In this document: positions 26,345-38,700 of the stretch, piece by piece
Position numbering within the stretch: the stretch's first letter is position 1
Layout: every line of letters begins with the position of its first letter
DNA from: a virus
Lineage: Duplodnaviria > Caudoviricetes
Strand: one strand, 5' to 3'
Length of the DNA: 64,000 nt
Virus record (IMG/VR): IMGVR_UViG_3300031857_000014
Translations under genes and position numbers: made by a program
The notes under the pieces: generated by a model
What the model was told of the DNA's origin: nothing
The model's database searches: none
Seen by the model: the letters and a program-made list of their open reading frames with translations, nothing else

Positions 26345-28504
26345 TTAAAAATCAAGTCGAACCGCAAATACTTGTGTACCAATTCTTTTAATTGGTTTAG
26401 CTGTTTTTGCAACAACATAAGGTTCTTTATTTGAGTTTAACAATGCAACTTCGGTAATTCTTTTATCTAAACCACTTGAATACGTTGGGTTTTGTGTTTC
26501 AGTAAACTGTGAAGAAGGTAAGTTTACCAAAAAATTCATTTGTTCAATGTCAGTTGCTCTTATTAATCGTATACTACCAGGGAACGGTTGTTCGTCACCA
26601 AATTGCGGGTCAGTTGATGGTTCATTAGGTATGGGTCCTAAATAAGTTTCTAAATCAAATATTGTTCCGTTATTAAATTTAGTTTTAGTTATGGTATAAG
26701 TCACATCTGTCACTCCAGTTGGATTTAACAAATTACTTCCGTCTCCACCGGCTTCAGTTGTATAATCCATTAAAATCCATTGATCATGTGAAGGTAATTC
26801 ACCAACATTAGTTTCTTGTGCTAGTATATAAAATTTGTTAGCAATGAACCCATCGGTAGAACCACTAAATATTGATTTCATATTTGGCATAGTACTACCA
26901 CTTATTTTAACTGTCACATTAGAACAAACATTGAATGCACATGAATTTAAAGTCGGGTCTAAATTAGAACTATTGTAATAGTTACAAGGTAATCCATTTA
27001 ATTTTGTATCTCCAGTATATTCAAACATATATGTTACCCATATTGTCTGACCTGTACCACCACTTAAAATAGAATTAGATGGGTCAGTGTCACTTGGGAC
27101 AACACTTACTTTTGCTGCGGGTAAAGTATATCTTCTATTGGATTTATAATCTAAAACAGCGACAAGTTCTTGGTCATCAAAAACAATTACTTTATTATTT
27201 ACAAATACTTTACCAACACGATATCCTCGTTCATCAATTAGATATCTGTATTTTAAAGAATGATAAGGATTCTTGGTAGATTTTATATAATAATTAGTAT
27301 CGTCCATATGAAATATTGCACCAAATGTAGAACCGGTATTTCTATGATAGTAAATCCATGGGATATATACCTCAAAATATTCGGTATCACTTAATGGTAT
27401 ACCATTAGGGTCATCGATTATTGAGTTACCAGCAGAATCAGTATCATTGCTAATATAATCATCGTACTTAAAAAATCTTTCAGGGTCATTTACAACATCT
27501 CCGAGTTCAGAATAATGAATAATTGCAACACACCTTTGTGCTTCAGGTTCAACAATTATTTCTTCATTAAATGAATTATAGTACGCCGTTGCATTTGATA
27601 ATGTACCTCCGGTATAATTCGTGAATGTTTGACCTGAAGATTCAGTATAACCATATAATTCTTTTGTAGAGACATAAACATTACTTGTAAAACCAGATAA
27701 ATTTTCGTCAAGACCATTAACATCAAAACCAATTGGTTTATCAGTCCAAACTACTTCCATAGTCCATGGGTCTAATTGTTGTTGAGTATCAATATCATTT
27801 GGATGACAAACTGGTGAAATTTGTGTGTCTATTGGATATTCGTTATTACATTTATTACAAACAACTTGAGTATATCCAGATAACATTGAAAAATCAGGTG
27901 TTTCTCTGTCTAAATAAATTGTATTTGTACTTACTCCTGTTGTAATCCCTGATATTCTATATATTAAACTTGTTGAATTACCTGAAATTACAGGATGATT
28001 CGGATCCATACCAACAAACTGACTAAACACAAGTGTAATAAACCCACAATCATCGTATGTGTTACCCGTACTAACTGAAATTGTATTTGTACCGTTAATT
28101 GAACTTAAATTTATTCTTTCAGTCAAACATTCAACGGTTGTACCTGTACACGCGTTTTCGTCATATTCTAAATAATTTGAAACATGTCCTGCAGGTCCCA
28201 TAATATTTCTAATAGTAACCGTTGATGCATTTTGAACAGGATTACCAAAAGTTGTTGCATCATCAGAAGAATCAAGTTTATATGGGTATTTTACACCCGC
28301 CTCAATATCAAAAGGAGACAATACTTTTTGATGTGGTATGCTACCTAATCCGGTATATCCATTAAAAGGTTGCGTATAATCAAATTCAGAATCACCTATT
28401 TGAAAGTATTCTATAACAAAATTACCTTTTGCAATTGCTTGTCTACCTTTTTTTGTAATTCGAGCTGACAAAAACTCAGAATTGTTACTACTCAAATAAC
28501 TCAT
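26345..28504 (-). CDS. Baseplate / tail-collar-related structural protein (719 aa)
   Basis: N-terminal ITKKGRQAIAKG..IEYFQIGDSE and C-terminal ITEVALLN...VVAKTAKPIKR resemble the two ends of tail-collar fibre domains. Confidence 0.55.
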   Translation of the reverse strand: MSYLSSNNSEFLSARITKKGRQAIAKGNFVIEYFQIGDSEFDYTQPFNGYTGLGSIPHQKVLSPFDIEAGVKYPYKLDSSDDATTFGNPVQNASTVTIRNIMGPAGHVSNYLEYDENACTGTTVECLTERINLSSINGTNTISVSTGNTYDDCGFITLVFSQFVGMDPNHPVISGNSTSLIYRISGITTGVSTNTIYLDRETPDFSMLSGYTQVVCNKCNNEYPIDTQISPVCHPNDIDTQQQLDPWTMEVVWTDKPIGFDVNGLDENLSGFTSNVYVSTKELYGYTESSGQTFTNYTGGTLSNATAYYNSFNEEIIVEPEAQRCVAIIHYSELGDVVNDPERFFKYDDYISNDTDSAGNSIIDDPNGIPLSDTEYFEVYIPWIYYHRNTGSTFGAIFHMDDTNYYIKSTKNPYHSLKYRYLIDERGYRVGKVFVNNKVIVFDDQELVAVLDYKSNRRYTLPAAKVSVVPSDTDPSNSILSGGTGQTIWVTYMFEYTGDTKLNGLPCNYYNSSNLDPTLNSCAFNVCSNVTVKISGSTMPNMKSIFSGSTDGFIANKFYILAQETNVGELPSHDQWILMDYTTEAGGDGSNLLNPTGVTDVTYTITKTKFNNGTIFDLETYLGPIPNEPSTDPQFGDEQPFPGSIRLIRATDIEQMNFLVNLPSSQFTETQNPTYSSGLDKRITEVALLNSNKEPYVVAKTAKPIKRIGTQVFAVRLDF

Positions 28505-28509
28505 ATATT

Positions 28510-28516
28510 ATAAATA
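28510..28516 (-). promoter_or_regulatory. Class I motif TATTTAT
   Basis: 5 nt upstream of the ATG at 28504. Confidence 0.5.
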
Positions 28517-28540
28517 TTCTTTTTTAATTTTATTTTATCA

Positions 28541-31408
28541 TTAACATCCACTATTACTTAAAACAATTTTTAAAGTATTTGGAATTGTAAAAGTGGTAGA
28601 TGGTGCTAAATTAAGTGGGTATGCGTCTGTTGCTAAAACTGGAATACAATCAACCAATACGTTATTTTTATATAATTTTAATGATCCTCCACCAGACGGT
28701 GCTATGACATCAACATACAAAGGAGTATTATAAGTTGTGCCATATGTTCCCGATTCAGTTTGTCCAGGACCAACAGGTACGGTTATAAAACCAAAAGATA
28801 GTCCCATCAGATTCCTTACATTTTCAATACTACCATCATCACTATTATTCTGTAAAAAATAAAAGTCTCCTGATGGAGTATTCGTTGGTGTTGGCGTTGG
28901 TGTTGAGGTAGGGGTCGGAGTTGGTGTGTTAGTTGCTGTTGGTGTTGGTGTACTAGTAGGTGTATTTGTTGGTGTTGATGTCGGTGTACTAGTTGGTGTG
29001 TTAGTCGGTGTTGGTGTTGGAGTCGGTGTTGGTGTTGGAGTCGGTGTGGGTGTAGGTATTGCAATACCACAATATAATATCTTCCAACAATTACCATCAC
29101 ATGGTGCATATTCATATCCACTTGGACATGTGTATCCTGATGATAAATAAGTCCCATCATTATTTTTTATAACAGGAATAATTGAACCATTAAAAGACGC
29201 TGACGTAAATATTATATTTAAATCTCCGGTTGTTGTCGCACCAGTTAATTCTGACAACGTGTTATTATAAATTTCACAACCAAATCCTGCCGGGTTTGGT
29301 GTTCCAGTAATACTAAAATTATAACCATATAAACCAAGAATATGGTCACCTGCAAGAAGATTTATTGGATAAACGTGCCATTTCATGAACTTATTTAGTT
29401 CAGTTATCCCTGTATAGTTAAATGTGTCTAATATAACATTACCATCAAGTTCAAGCCTGAATTCATTATCTGCAGCAATTCCAATATAATATGTTCCTGC
29501 CTCAATTCCTTCAAGACATTTATTAAATCCTAACCAAACATCTAATGGATAATCAATTGGGTCAAATGCTGCCGGATATGCCCATACCGCAGTCCTATTT
29601 AATGGTCCGTTTGATGTTGTTGTGTTTTTCCAAACGTCAGCAGTTGTTAATGCTGTTATTGTTGTACCACTACCATTTAACCCCCAATCATCATCATAAA
29701 TTATTGTTCCAGATGAACTATATACCGAATTAGTTCGTGTATATGCGGTATATGGAGTTACGGGTGGTGTTGCAGATACGGTATCTGTTGCTGTACATAA
29801 ACCACCTCCTATTGGTGTCCATGTATATTTGTTATCACAAGAAGTACAATCATCACAAACCGGAACTTCTTCATAATAACAATAAGCTGCGCCAAGTCCA
29901 CCACATATGTTTAATAATGTCCCATCAACATCACAAAAAATACCATAATTATCACCATAATTACCAAGTATTGTTTGCGTTAATCCTGTTATTTGTCTTG
30001 TTGAAAACGCGGTATATCCAGATAACCCATTATATGTAGTTACACCTGTTAATGTATTTACAGATACACCACTATATATTTCAAAACAACCGTTTGTACA
30101 ACATGTACCACCATAATTAAATGCATCCGAAAAGAAAAATTCAAAAATGTGTGTACCCGCGTCTAATGTTATAGGTAAAACATGACCTACATGAAAAGGT
30201 AAAAATCTAGCGGGTGAAACTGATTTGTCAAATAAACCATCAGCACCTATTGCGTTACCAACCGTTAATGCGGGATAGGCTGCAGAATTTTTATTTAATC
30301 TTTTTACCAACCATTCACCATCTAATTTCAAACCAAACATATCATCTGCAGAAAGAAATAAATGATACGTTTGAGTTGATGGTACATCCAAACATTTATA
30401 AAATCCTACCCATTGATTAAATCCTGTGGCAAATTTTATTCCCGCATTATTCATTATACCGTTCCAAGGTGAAGCAGATACCGTTTCTCTCCATGGTACT
30501 GTTGTTGCGCTCGTAACAACCGTTATTGGTGCTCCTGAAATATTTGAATCGTTTGTTCCATATAAATTTGATATTTGACTGTTTGTGTAATTAGTACCAT
30601 CCACTAATCCTCCAAATTGCCCATTAGGTAAAGAAGAACCTGATAAAACTCCATTTGTTATAAAACTGGCATTATTAGCAAAAGTTAATGGTAATGTTTT
30701 TGTTGTTATATTTTCATAAAAATATGTACCATCTCTTAAATATGACAAATTAGTGTCTCCTGTAGTAAAAATATATGTCGTTCCACTAACGCCACTTAAT
30801 GTACTCGCGGTCAGTGTACAAATTCCACCAACTTCTGTAAATCCATAATCACAACATCTACAATCACCATCACTGTTACATATTTCACCACTTAAAACAT
30901 CACTTAAAACTGTCGCACCTGAAACAACAACATCATCTTGATAATAATATAAATTAATTAACGGAAATCCAGAATATGTTGTACAAAAATAATCAATACC
31001 ATCTTCAGTATATTGTGTGTTTGGACTGTCACCATTACATTTAACACCATCTGTCCCACCTAATCCATCATCTAAAAATAAAACCCCGTTTAAAGATGTA
31101 TTCGTGTTACCTGTCGCAACTAATAAATCACCATTGATAATAGTGACAGTTGCACAAAAACAACTTGGTGCTCCTGACACACTTATATACGCACTATTAG
31201 TACATGTAAAATTATCTGAACGTATTTCAATAGTTGTTGTACCCATAGGAATTGTTGTAACCGTATAACCAGTGGCTAAAAACGATTTTGGTACATTATT
31301 TTCAAAAGGTGTTGTATATCCATCAACATTTGAGTATAAATCAAATGGTCCGGTATTTGGTCCTGATACTGTAATAGTTATACTAGCAGATACTGTTGGT
31401 AATGGCAT
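28541..31408 (-). CDS. Cys-rich virion adhesin with two PA14-like modules and a PT linker
   Basis: [14 protein letters not shown] and [15 protein letters not shown]14-like motifs; 29 Cys by manual count; PT repeat near the C-terminus. Confidence 0.6.
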   Translation of the reverse strand: MPLPTVSASITITVSGPNTGPFDLYSNVDGYTTPFENNVPKSFLATGYTVTTIPMGTTTIEIRSDNFTCTNSAYISVSGAPSCFCATVTIINGDLLVATGNTNTSLNGVLFLDDGLGGTDGVKCNGDSPNTQYTEDGIDYFCTTYSGFPLINLYYYQDDVVVSGATVLSDVLSGEICNSDGDCRCCDYGFTEVGGICTLTASTLSGVSGTTYIFTTGDTNLSYLRDGTYFYENITTKTLPLTFANNASFITNGVLSGSSLPNGQFGGLVDGTNYTNSQISNLYGTNDSNISGAPITVVTSATTVPWRETVSASPWNGIMNNAGIKFATGFNQWVGFYKCLDVPSTQTYHLFLSADDMFGLKLDGEWLVKRLNKNSAAYPALTVGNAIGADGLFDKSVSPARFLPFHVGHVLPITLDAGTHIFEFFFSDAFNYGGTCCTNGCFEIYSGVSVNTLTGVTTYNGLSGYTAFSTRQITGLTQTILGNYGDNYGIFCDVDGTLLNICGGLGAAYCYYEEVPVCDDCTSCDNKYTWTPIGGGLCTATDTVSATPPVTPYTAYTRTNSVYSSSGTIIYDDDWGLNGSGTTITALTTADVWKNTTTSNGPLNRTAVWAYPAAFDPIDYPLDVWLGFNKCLEGIEAGTYYIGIAADNEFRLELDGNVILDTFNYTGITELNKFMKWHVYPINLLAGDHILGLYGYNFSITGTPNPAGFGCEIYNNTLSELTGATTTGDLNIIFTSASFNGSIIPVIKNNDGTYLSSGYTCPSGYEYAPCDGNCWKILYCGIAIPTPTPTPTPTPTPTPTPTNTPTSTPTSTPTNTPTSTPTPTATNTPTPTPTSTPTPTPTNTPSGDFYFLQNNSDDGSIENVRNLMGLSFGFITVPVGPGQTESGTYGTTYNTPLYVDVIAPSGGGSLKLYKNNVLVDCIPVLATDAYPLNLAPSTTFTIPNTLKIVLSNSGC
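28874..29058 (-). repeat. Pro-Thr coding repeat
   Basis: [31 protein letters not shown]... Confidence 0.9.
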
Positions 31409-31492
31409 TTATATAAAACATTTAATTTCATTTTTATTTATTATAGAATATAGTTTTTTTTTCTTAGTTAGTGAATCAATCATTTTTATAGT

Positions 31493-33400
31493 TTAATAGA
31501 ATACTATGTTTATACCATATCCCGATAATATTGCTTTAGCCGAATCCGACGCGGTTGTTCCACTTCCACGTGTCTCAAGTTTAGCAACACCGAATCTAGA
31601 ACTTGTTGTCCAAGTATAACCTGTAAAGTCAATAAATAAAGAATCCAGATTAGCGTCAGATAATTTATTTGCTGCGTTAGTTGGTATATAAATAAATCTA
31701 TTCATATTATTAACCCAGGTTCTTCCTGCGGTATACCCTGTTAGATTAGAATTACCTTTTAGAACAAAATAATACACATTATTTGGTATATTATTTAGTG
31801 AACCCGTAACAGTAGTTAAACCACCGATTTCAAAAACAGTGATTCCTGTTGGTATGTTAGATGTTAAACCTGAAACAGTGTTTTGCCCACCTAAGAATAA
31901 ATCTGTTAATTTATTCGGTAAATTATCTATATCACCTTGTAACCTATTTTGACCTTTCAAATTGAAGTATGTTACTCCAGTAGGTACGTCAATAGTGTTA
32001 CCACTTATAGTATTTGCACCACCGATTTGAATTCTGGTAAGTGTTTTTGGTAATGAAGAAAGTAAACCTGTTATAGTGTGGCCCGATGTTTCGTAACCTT
32101 CTTCATTATCAATTGTAAGTTCCACCAATGGTCTTCCGCTAAGACTACTTGTATTTCCACTAACAATACTTTGTCCATATATATTAAGACTTGTTATTCC
32201 TGTCGGTACATTTGCAATATCACCAAACATATATGCAGAACCTTGTATACCAAAATTTGTCATTCCTGTTGGTATGTGGCTCGTAGATCCTGAAATAGTA
32301 TTAAAACCATATATTCTACTAATTTGAAGTGATCTTGGGTAATCCGAAATTAGACCCGTTACTGTATTAACACCCCAAATATCAAGTACTGTTACTCCGG
32401 TAGGGAATTGATTTGTGTTACCTGTTATATATACTCCGGTATAAAATCTACCATCCGTTAGATTTCTTGGTAAATCAGCGGTGCCACCACTAATATACGC
32501 GTTATTAATTGTTAATGTTAATGTGGTTGGGGATAACCTTCCCGGTAATTGAGATACAAGTCCTGTTGTTTTACCATGAGTTCTAGTTATATATAATCTA
32601 GCCCTTTCTAATTTTCTCGCTTCGGATGTATCTACCGTGTATGCATTTGTTGTTGGGGTGGCGGCGGATATATCGAATCTTTCTACGTCACTTAAATCAA
32701 TAGATTTTAATTTCACTAAACCAGTATATGGACTTGAATACGTGTGAGATACAGTTGTAGAACCGCCAGTTGTGGTATATATATTCTCATCACCATCACC
32801 CCAATTTATCGCCAAACGATTCGTATATGACTCTAAATTAATTTGATTAAATGATGTTATCGATGTTGCAGAGAACACCATTGTTTCATAAACTGTTGTT
32901 GAACCAGTTACGGTACAACCAGATACTGAAGTATCAGTAACACTAACAGTGTATGTTCCACCAGATAATCCCGTAATAGTCTGACCTGTTTGACCATTAT
33001 TCCACAAGATAGAAACAGGACCATGATTTTTTGTATATGTTACAGTTGCACTTGCGGTTCCACCAGATGTTAAAATTTCTGTTGACGAGACACTAATTTC
33101 TAAATCACAATCATTTATAAGTCCATTATAAACAGTCGTTGCCGAGAATTCACAATATTCACCGCCACAATCAGGTTCATTTACTAAAACTTGATATAAT
33201 TGTTCTTTACATCCTTCATCAGATACAATTCTTAACCAAATAGTATTGTACGATGCTTTATACGTATCATCTACAGTAAATGAACAAGAAGTTGTTTGTG
33301 CGCTACAAATAATTCCACTTGTTGAACCTGATGTACTTCCAGTATACACATTGTGTGGATATATTGTTGGTTGAAACTGTATTGATACTAAATTTGACAT
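31493..33400 (-). CDS. Virion protein with SprB repeat, PKD-like segment and LRR-like solenoid
   Basis: ILWNNGQTGQTITGLSGGTYTVSVTD (SprB-type), AINWGDG (PKD-like), about eleven 22-aa T(I/V)SG...P repeats. Confidence 0.6.
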   Translation of the reverse strand: MSNLVSIQFQPTIYPHNVYTGSTSGSTSGIICSAQTTSCSFTVDDTYKASYNTIWLRIVSDEGCKEQLYQVLVNEPDCGGEYCEFSATTVYNGLINDCDLEISVSSTEILTSGGTASATVTYTKNHGPVSILWNNGQTGQTITGLSGGTYTVSVTDTSVSGCTVTGSTTVYETMVFSATSITSFNQINLESYTNRLAINWGDGDENIYTTTGGSTTVSHTYSSPYTGLVKLKSIDLSDVERFDISAATPTTNAYTVDTSEARKLERARLYITRTHGKTTGLVSQLPGRLSPTTLTLTINNAYISGGTADLPRNLTDGRFYTGVYITGNTNQFPTGVTVLDIWGVNTVTGLISDYPRSLQISRIYGFNTISGSTSHIPTGMTNFGIQGSAYMFGDIANVPTGITSLNIYGQSIVSGNTSSLSGRPLVELTIDNEEGYETSGHTITGLLSSLPKTLTRIQIGGANTISGNTIDVPTGVTYFNLKGQNRLQGDIDNLPNKLTDLFLGGQNTVSGLTSNIPTGITVFEIGGLTTVTGSLNNIPNNVYYFVLKGNSNLTGYTAGRTWVNNMNRFIYIPTNAANKLSDANLDSLFIDFTGYTWTTSSRFGVAKLETRGSGTTASDSAKAILSGYGINIVFY

Positions 33401-33419
33401 TTATATTTTATTTTTTTTA

Positions 33420-35732
33420 TTATGTACATCCTGATAACACTGTTGCACCCGAATCTAAATATTCTACTTTTATTGAGTATGTGTCCACAGTTAATCCACT
33501 GAAAATACCACTATAATAATTATTAAACGGTGGACTATACGTATCAAAATCATCAACATTCAATCCAGAATCTAACGCAGATACTTTGATTGTTGCAATA
33601 TTTGGGTTATTTTTTACTGAATCAACTATATTGACTTCATAATTTATTTGCGTTGTGCTTGGCGATGTCTTTGTAATTGTTGGACAAGTTAATGTATATG
33701 TAATTGGACAACCTGACACCCCTTCATATGTACTACCAGTTGCAACAGTATCAGGAAATGGTGCGATATATTGATCAAGATTAGATGTATTATCTATAAT
33801 TGTACCTGTTGGTAAACCTGTGTTTATATTATATAATTGTAGTTCATCTACAACAACATTACCAGTATTACTATTACCAACACTGTTATTATAAAAAACT
33901 ATTTTACCATCTGTATTCCATGAACCACCACCCCAATAAGGATTACCACCATCCGGACCCATTAAACTATTATTACCATATTCATCAGTCACTATATCTA
34001 ATCTCTGTAAGGTATAACCTGTTATCAATCTTTTAATTTCAAAAGTATCTCTATCTACTTCGTATGTTTTTTTAATTGCGGTTACGTCTCCATTTACGTT
34101 ATTTGTAATCGCGACTCCAAAATATAGTTTATCAGAAACAGGGTCAATTGAAAAATATACCACAGGTCTAGAATCTGAATATTTTGATTCCATAACATTT
34201 TTGAAATCAAATATTTTCAATACTGTTGCGGATTCATAGTTTGAACTTGGTTGAAATACCCATGTAAATCCTCCACCGATATCACTAACATATACTTTAT
34301 TTTTAACTTTGTCATAAAATATACTTTGCCAATACCTACCACCCAAACCAGTAGTACCAGTTGTACTTTGACCTGTTAATATAATTGTTGATTGATAATT
34401 AAAATCACTGTCAAATATATAGATATTACCAGTCGAACTTGCACCTGCGGAAGATACAAACCAATATCTCGTTTCACTTAAAGTAGTTCCTGTATTAACT
34501 TCAACACCAACAGGAACAAATCCCGCAAAGAAATGGTCAAACTCAGTTAATCCAGACAAAACAGTTGGTGTTGTTCCACTTGGATTAATTCTATCAACTC
34601 TTATCAAATCAGTATGAGTTGCAGTAACTGCCGATGTTGAACCTACAAAAATGTTACTATATATATAATTGTCAGTATAAAATAATAATCCTCTCTTATA
34701 ATCGGTATTACTACCATATGGAATATGTTGAATAGTGTTTCCCGTAATATCGTAAATAATCATACCATTTACCACTGTTGGTGCCGGACCATCACTTTTA
34801 CCAACAAAATAAATTCTTTTATATATTGTGTCTATAAATGTACTATATAATTTATTTGCTCTAAGATGACTAGTATATCCTGTAGCACCTGTAATATATG
34901 TGACAGCACTTTCACTTGTATTTCCTGTAGATGGGTTAAACCAATAAATGTTACCATCAAGATAATTATCCGCATCGGCAACCCAAACTTTATCTGTATC
35001 ACTATCGTACCATACATTATATGGTGTAGAAATTCCTGTTAATTGATATGTAATTTCAAATTCAGGTTCAACTTCACAGTAATAAGTATACGGTCTCCAT
35101 TCATAACCCGCACCTCCACTACAACATAAACATATTGATTTAACTTCAAATCCACCTTGTCTTTTTGGTTGATTTAAATAACAAGGACAGTTATCTGTTG
35201 TACCAGTTAAAAAACCATCACTATGTACAACAAAGAAGTAAATTAATGTTGGTGTTTCGGTTTCACCAGATGTTTGATAAATTACCTTAGTTGACGGATT
35301 AGTCGTTGCTGTTGTTATAAATGTCGCACCAGTTATATGGTGTGTTGTTCCGGAATATATGTAATATGAATTAGGAATACCGTTTATTACTGATGAATGA
35401 TTACCATTCGGTGATGTTAAATCAATTAATTGGATTTGATAATCACCACAACTACAAGTACTAGCAGAAATAGTAAAATTAATATGGTCATAACAATCAT
35501 AAAATTTACTATCGTGTGTTACTATCTGAGTAATCACATATTGACCCGTAATTAAATCTGTTAATTTAACATAATAAAGAGTATCAAATTCTAAATTACC
35601 TATTGTAACATTATTTGTTCCCGCACTTTGAAAACTATGAAACGTATATGTACCTGCATAGGTATTTGTCCTATACTCTACTTTATAGTTGTGTGTGAAT
35701 GTTACATTATATATTCTTACGTTTAATCCCAT
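33420..35732 (-). CDS. Virion protein with putative beta-propeller
   Basis: TPYNVWYDSDTDKVWVAD, FIDTIYKRIYFV, FYDKVKNKVYVSD, SIDPVSDKLYF blade-like repeats. Confidence 0.55.
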   Translation of the reverse strand: MGLNVRIYNVTFTHNYKVEYRTNTYAGTYTFHSFQSAGTNNVTIGNLEFDTLYYVKLTDLITGQYVITQIVTHDSKFYDCYDHINFTISASTCSCGDYQIQLIDLTSPNGNHSSVINGIPNSYYIYSGTTHHITGATFITTATTNPSTKVIYQTSGETETPTLIYFFVVHSDGFLTGTTDNCPCYLNQPKRQGGFEVKSICLCCSGGAGYEWRPYTYYCEVEPEFEITYQLTGISTPYNVWYDSDTDKVWVADADNYLDGNIYWFNPSTGNTSESAVTYITGATGYTSHLRANKLYSTFIDTIYKRIYFVGKSDGPAPTVVNGMIIYDITGNTIQHIPYGSNTDYKRGLLFYTDNYIYSNIFVGSTSAVTATHTDLIRVDRINPSGTTPTVLSGLTEFDHFFAGFVPVGVEVNTGTTLSETRYWFVSSAGASSTGNIYIFDSDFNYQSTIILTGQSTTGTTGLGGRYWQSIFYDKVKNKVYVSDIGGGFTWVFQPSSNYESATVLKIFDFKNVMESKYSDSRPVVYFSIDPVSDKLYFGVAITNNVNGDVTAIKKTYEVDRDTFEIKRLITGYTLQRLDIVTDEYGNNSLMGPDGGNPYWGGGSWNTDGKIVFYNNSVGNSNTGNVVVDELQLYNINTGLPTGTIIDNTSNLDQYIAPFPDTVATGSTYEGVSGCPITYTLTCPTITKTSPSTTQINYEVNIVDSVKNNPNIATIKVSALDSGLNVDDFDTYSPPFNNYYSGIFSGLTVDTYSIKVEYLDSGATVLSGCT

Positions 35733-35751
35733 TATTAGAATTTATATTTTT

Positions 35752-38700
35752 TTAAGTTATTACTTCATAGTTACAAGCAACTGTACAATTATTTGAACCT
35801 GTTGGTACAACAGTTATAGCAGCAAAACCACTACTACCAGCTAAAATTTTATATACTGTGGTTTGTGGTGCGGGACTACCGATTTGAATCGCATAACTGT
35901 TTATTGTTAGTGTTGTATACGAACCAACAACTATTTGACCCACATTACTTCCACAATCATCACAAGACCTCATTTCTGCCAAATAAATATATGTTGGTGA
36001 AATAGAAGTCGCTGTTGGTGTTGGCGTTGGCGTCGCAGTAGGTGTAGGTGTTGGCGTCGGTGTTGTTGTTGCTTTAGGTGGTATTGTTGGTGTTGGTGTT
36101 ATAGTTGGTGTCGGTGTTGGTGTTGGTGTATTTGTTGGTGTTGGTGTAGGTGTACTAGTCGGTGTATTAGTTGGTGTTGGTGTTGCAGTTGGAGTCGGAG
36201 TTGGTGTTGGGGTTGGAGTTGGTGTTGGAACAACACATGTAACAACAGGTGTTCCTGTACAAGTACCGGTATAAATAGGTCTTGCCAACGAACCAACTGC
36301 AGGAACTGTTGAACAATTTTCACTGTCAGTATAGAATTGTTCAGCACTGAATGACAACGATGTGTTATGTAATTGATAATTATGTTGTACAATTGGTTGG
36401 TGGTCATCATTACCATTAAACACAACTAAATCACCGATTGACTGTCCTGTCACATTAAAATTATAATAAAAACTAAAGTCACAATAATTTAAATCAACCG
36501 CAATAACTTCTATTGGGTAACCATTTCTATCAATTAAGAAATCGCCTCTGTAATATTTGTAATAATCCTCAGGATAATCACAACAAGGTTCAATTGGTTC
36601 GTCTTGTCTAACTTGTAAATCTTCAGGAAATCTTTCATCAAAGAAATAGTTTGTATTAATTACACTACCATTGCTAATAATTTTATTTGTATAAACTCTA
36701 AATTTACTAGTTGGTAAAACTTCAAACACTGTATATGTGTTGTTTACAGTTAAACCGGTAATTAATGATTTTTTAATTGAACTTAAACAATCGATGTGAT
36801 TCACATAACCAACTGAATAATCGTAACTAAATGAATATCCACTTTCAGGTGCAACAACAAATGAATGATTAGATAAACTTGTACACGGTTTATATTCCGC
36901 CATTATTAACCAATTAGTAATATTAATATCTTGTACGTTAACAATTTCTAATTCACCAGATATTAAAAAATCTTCTAAAGTTTGATTAGTGAAAGTTCCA
37001 TTAGCAAATTCCAATAAGACATTAGCAATATTACTTTGTTCAATTCTTATTATTTTAGAATCGTTTTTAAGTCCGTAATTGTACGAACTTAATATTTCAG
37101 TATTTGATACTAATGTATATCCAGTATAATCGTCACACCATGTCACGCCAGTCTGTAAATCAATATCATATCCTTCATTGTTATCATAAGAAGAAATATA
37201 AAATTCTTGATAATGGCTTCTAGCCGGAACATATGGGTCGTGTTCCGCCTTTAATTGCCAACCTTTAAAACGAACTCTAGATTCACAATTCGCTCCGTCT
37301 AAAACACTAATGGTAAAATCGTCATTTTCTGTAACGCCTGTTATTTGAAAAGTACATCCACTTATGTATTGTAAACTATATCCCGAAACAAAATTTATGT
37401 TTAAGTTAGTTCCGGTTAAACAATCTGTGTATATATGTACCGGCCAACCATCTTGACTATTTTGTAATCCAACCGCATTTTCTAATTCAATTACTAAATT
37501 ACCGGTTAATAAACAATCTTCAGTGCCTCCTTCATAAACATCACAACCACTTATTAAATTTACGTTTAACCCACAAGTTGATGGTGTAGTCAAATATTCC
37601 GCATTAAACATATAGTCTAAATAATCGTTTACTGAACAATCATTTGTACCATATTTTATAGATGTTATTTCTATTTTATCAATACCGTCTGTATCTACAA
37701 AAATATTATAAGTTAAAAGTGGTTTAGGTACTTGTGGACATGAACTATTTCCCGTTTCTGCGGTATATGGAGCATAACTATCAATACAACCGGGTTCATC
37801 CATAGTTTCTGAAGTATTGATATAATCATCAATTAAATTTGATAATGCGGTTATCCATAATTGTTTGATTTTCGTTACGTCAGGATTAATATATTGTTTG
37901 TAATCACAAATTAACGCCAAATTTACTGGATCATTATTTGTTAAACTGGTACATCCTGTCATAGGGAATGGGTCAAATAATTGAGCACTATTTGTTGTGT
38001 TTGATGTCCCACTTATTATAACAGAATAATTTGTTCCTGAATAAACAACATCATCAATAATGATTACAGGATAATAAGTTACTCCGGTCAACTTAATTAA
38101 ACCTCTAAAATTTTCTTCTGAACCTAATAATGTTTCTAAATCTTCTTCAATCGCTGTTTCAAAATCAGGAAATAATTCTTCAATAAACTTTTTAGGTTGA
38201 CAACCAAATCTATATGGATATTTTGGTCTACCTAATACACCATTATCAATCACATTTCCACCTAACCATTGTGTTGTAGCAGGAATAAACTGGTCAATCA
38301 TTTGTGTCCAGTATGGACTCATTCGATTTATATATTCTTCTACGTCAATAAAATTAAATGGGGTATATGTTGTTCTTGAAAGATAATCTCTAAAGACATC
38401 TTCCAATATTATATAATTCTTTTTATATCTTATTTTATGTGAGTTCTTTATAAGTCTACTTAAAACTTCATTTAGATACTCAGCAAAAGTTACTCCTGTT
38501 TGTGGATATAATGTTGTGGTACCGAATGTTAATTCTAAGTTTCTAGATTTTCTATAGATGTCATAATCAACAGTTCTTGATGCTGAAAGATACAGTTGTA
38601 TGTTTTTTCTATTTAAAACAAAATATGAACTTTCACCAAAAATTTCACTCTTTCTATTATCTATATCCGCTTCTAATTCATAACCAGTATCTAATCCAGG

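Noticed and set aside
28874-36229. GGTGTT-rich tandem tracts resembling CRISPR arrays or microsatellites
   Set aside because: They are in-frame Pro-Thr codons with synonymous variation; no constant repeat with unique spacers, and no cas genes.
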